Source of the DNA: an uncultured Actinomycetota bacterium
Lineage (GTDB): Bacteria > Actinomycetota > Actinomycetes > Actinomycetales > Microbacteriaceae
DNA: 64,000 nt
NCBI GenBank assembly: GCA_963740165.1
Contig: CAVUDC010000005.1
Location: forward strand, 104,012 to 168,011
Direction of reading: 5' to 3'
The notes under the pieces: generated by a model
Told to the model about the DNA's origin: nothing
The model's database searches: none
What the model saw: only the letters and a program-made list of their open reading frames with translations
In this document: positions 62,223-64,000 of the stretch, one piece after another
Position numbering within the stretch: position 1 is the stretch's first letter
Layout of the letters: each line of letters begins with the position of its first letter
Position numbers and translations under genes: made by a program

Positions 62223-64000
62223 GTGACCGATCTCGCCGCCCCGGCATCCGCGACCCCGTCGCGCCAGCCGGAGCTCGACCGGCGTGCCCACGCACCGGCC
62301 GAGCGCACGCTCCTCGACATTCTGCGCTCGACGACCGAGCGCTACCCCGAGGCGTCCGCAATAGACGACGGGTCGGGGGCCCTGAGCTATCGCGAGATGA
62401 TGGCGCGCGTGGGCCGGACGGCCGCGCGGCTGCACGAGGCGGGGGTGCGGCGGGGAGACCGGGTCGGCGTGCGGATGTCGTCGGGCACGAAGGAGCTCTA
62501 CATCTCGATCCTCGGCGTGATCGCCGCCGGGGCGTCGTACGTGCCGGTCGACGCCGACGATCCCGAAGAGCGCACGGTGCTCGTCTTCGGCGAGGCGGCT
62601 GTGCGGGGTGTGATCGAAGGGTCGGGTGATTTCCGGCCGACGGTCGTGGATGCTGAGCCCGAGGCATCCGCCCTCTTCCGCGGTGACGTGCCGCACCCGA
62701 GCACCCACGCGGTCGTCACGGTGCCGCCACCGGCTCCGGACGACGACGCGTGGGTCATCTTCACCTCGGGTTCGACCGGAACGCCGAAGGGCGTGGCTGT
62801 CAGTCACCGTTCTGCCGCGACCTTCGTCGATGCCGAGGCTGCGCTGTTTCTGCAGGGCGACCCGCTCGGTCCGGGTGACCGTGTGCTCGCGGGTCTGTCG
62901 GTCGCGTTCGACGCGTCGTGCGAAGAGATGTGGCTCGCCTGGCGGCACGGAGCCTGCCTGGTGCCCGCGCCGCGCGCGCTCGTGCGGTCGGGCGAAGACC
63001 TCGCCCCCTGGCTCGTGCGTCAGCAGATCACGGTCGTGTCGACCGTCCCGACGCTGGCCGCCCTCTGGCCCGCCGAGTCGATCGAGAACGTTCGACTGCT
63101 GATCTTCGGCGGTGAGGCATGCCCGCCCGAACTCGCCGCCCGCCTGACCGAAGAGGGCCGCGAGGTCTGGAACACGTACGGCCCGACCGAGGCGACGGTC
63201 GTCGCGTGCGCGGCGCTGCTGACGGGCGAGCCGCCCGTGCGGATCGGGCTGCCCCTCGACGGCTGGGCGCTCGCGGTCGTGGATGCCGAGGGTGCCGCGG
63301 TCGCCGAAGGAGAGGTCGGCGAACTGATCATCGGGGGAGTGGGCCTCGCTCGCTATCTCGACCCCGCAAAGGACGCGGAGAAGTACGCCCCGATGCCCTC
63401 GCTCGGCTGGGACCGCGCCTACCGCTCGGGTGACCTCGTCCGTTACGACCCCGCGGGTCTCGTCTTTCAGGGACGCGCCGACGACCAGGTCAAGATCGGC
63501 GGTCGCCGCATCGAGTTGGGCGAGGTCGAGTCCGCGCTGCAGGCTCTGCCCCACGTCGGGGGCGCCGCGGTGGCGGTGCGGCGGACGGATGCGGGAGTCG
63601 ACATCCTGGTCGGCTACCTCGTCGTAGACGAGGGGTTCGAGCGCCAGGCGGCCCGCGCCGAACTCGCCGCGACCCTGCCCGCGCCGATGGTGCCGCTGCT
63701 GGCGGTCGTCGACGACCTGCCGGTGCGCACCTCGGGCAAGGTCGACAAGGCCGCCTTGCCCTGGCCTCTGGCCGGTATGCCGGCCGAGGAATCAACGCTG
63801 ACCGGCGTCGAGGCATGGCTCGGTGAGCAGTGGCGGGCGGTGCTCGGGGTGTCGGTTCCCGATGCAGACGCCGACTTCTTCGACCTGGGCGGGGGGTCGC
63901 TCGCCGCGGCCCAGCTGGTCTCGCGCATCCGGGTGCGCTCGCCGGAGTTCGCCGTCGCCGACATCTATGACCTGCCGCGCCTCGGCGCGATGGCGAAGGC
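62223..64000 (+). CDS. Pls/PosA-type single-module NRPS (A and T domains; continues beyond window)
   Basis: Missing from the ORF track because it has no stop in the window; DDDAWVIFTSGSTGTPKG, FDAS, NTYGPTE, YRSGD, QVKIGG, DFFDLGGGSL. Confidence 0.88.
   Translation, partial: MTDLAAPASATPSRQPELDRRAHAPAERTLLDILRSTTERYPEASAIDDGSGALSYREMMARVGRTAARLHEAGVRRGDRVGVRMSSGTKELYISILGVIAAGASYVPVDADDPEERTVLVFGEAAVRGVIEGSGDFRPTVVDAEPEASALFRGDVPHPSTHAVVTVPPPAPDDDAWVIFTSGSTGTPKGVAVSHRSAATFVDAEAALFLQGDPLGPGDRVLAGLSVAFDASCEEMWLAWRHGACLVPAPRALVRSGEDLAPWLVRQQITVVSTVPTLAALWPAESIENVRLLIFGGEACPPELAARLTEEGREVWNTYGPTEATVVACAALLTGEPPVRIGLPLDGWALAVVDAEGAAVAEGEVGELIIGGVGLARYLDPAKDAEKYAPMPSLGWDRAYRSGDLVRYDPAGLVFQGRADDQVKIGGRRIELGEVESALQALPHVGGAAVAVRRTDAGVDILVGYLVVDEGFERQAARAELAATLPAPMVPLLAVVDDLPVRTSGKVDKAALPWPLAGMPAEESTLTGVEAWLGEQWRAVLGVSVPDADADFFDLGGGSLAAAQLVSRIRVRSPEFAVADIYDLPRLGAMAK

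Noticed and set aside
61098-63554. 818-aa minus-strand ORF
   Set aside because: Antisense shadow of the NRPS and the AK-rich gene

Overview
High-GC actinobacterial DNA; gene content and order suggest Microbacterium/Microbacteriaceae. (i) 1-14.2 kb: an accessory region abutting the 3' end of tRNA-Ser(GGA). It holds fdhD, a large arsenic-resistance cluster (three ArsC-type domains including an ArsR-ArsC fusion, ArsR, Acr3, aquaporin, flavin oxidoreductase, GNAT, SulP/MerR, a second PstS and a CoA-disulfide-reductase-like enzyme) and an HTH + nucleotidyltransferase-like pair behind three AT-rich 24-bp repeats. (ii) 14.3-45.3 kb: core genes (moxR-DUF58-transglutaminase, SRP RNA, pta-ackA, beta-PGM/GH65, dnaX-recR, ask-asd, mqo, tdk, galE, tRNA-Pro, class A PBP, amino-acid ABC transporter). 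(iii) 45.5-53.2 kb: a TA pair, a DUF222-HNH gene and a decayed 5.3-kb element integrated in tRNA-Lys(TTT), with 27-bp att repeats, an integrase tail, YefM-YoeB and an IS982 remnant. (iv) 53.4-64 kb: fasciclin/SigK/RskA, a candidate ~80-nt structured sRNA, pstSCAB with PHO-box repeats and the start of a Pls/PosA-type NRPS. Several single-base frameshifts, including one in asd, probably reflect assembly indels. All calls come from reading the sequence and recalled family motifs; no searches were run.
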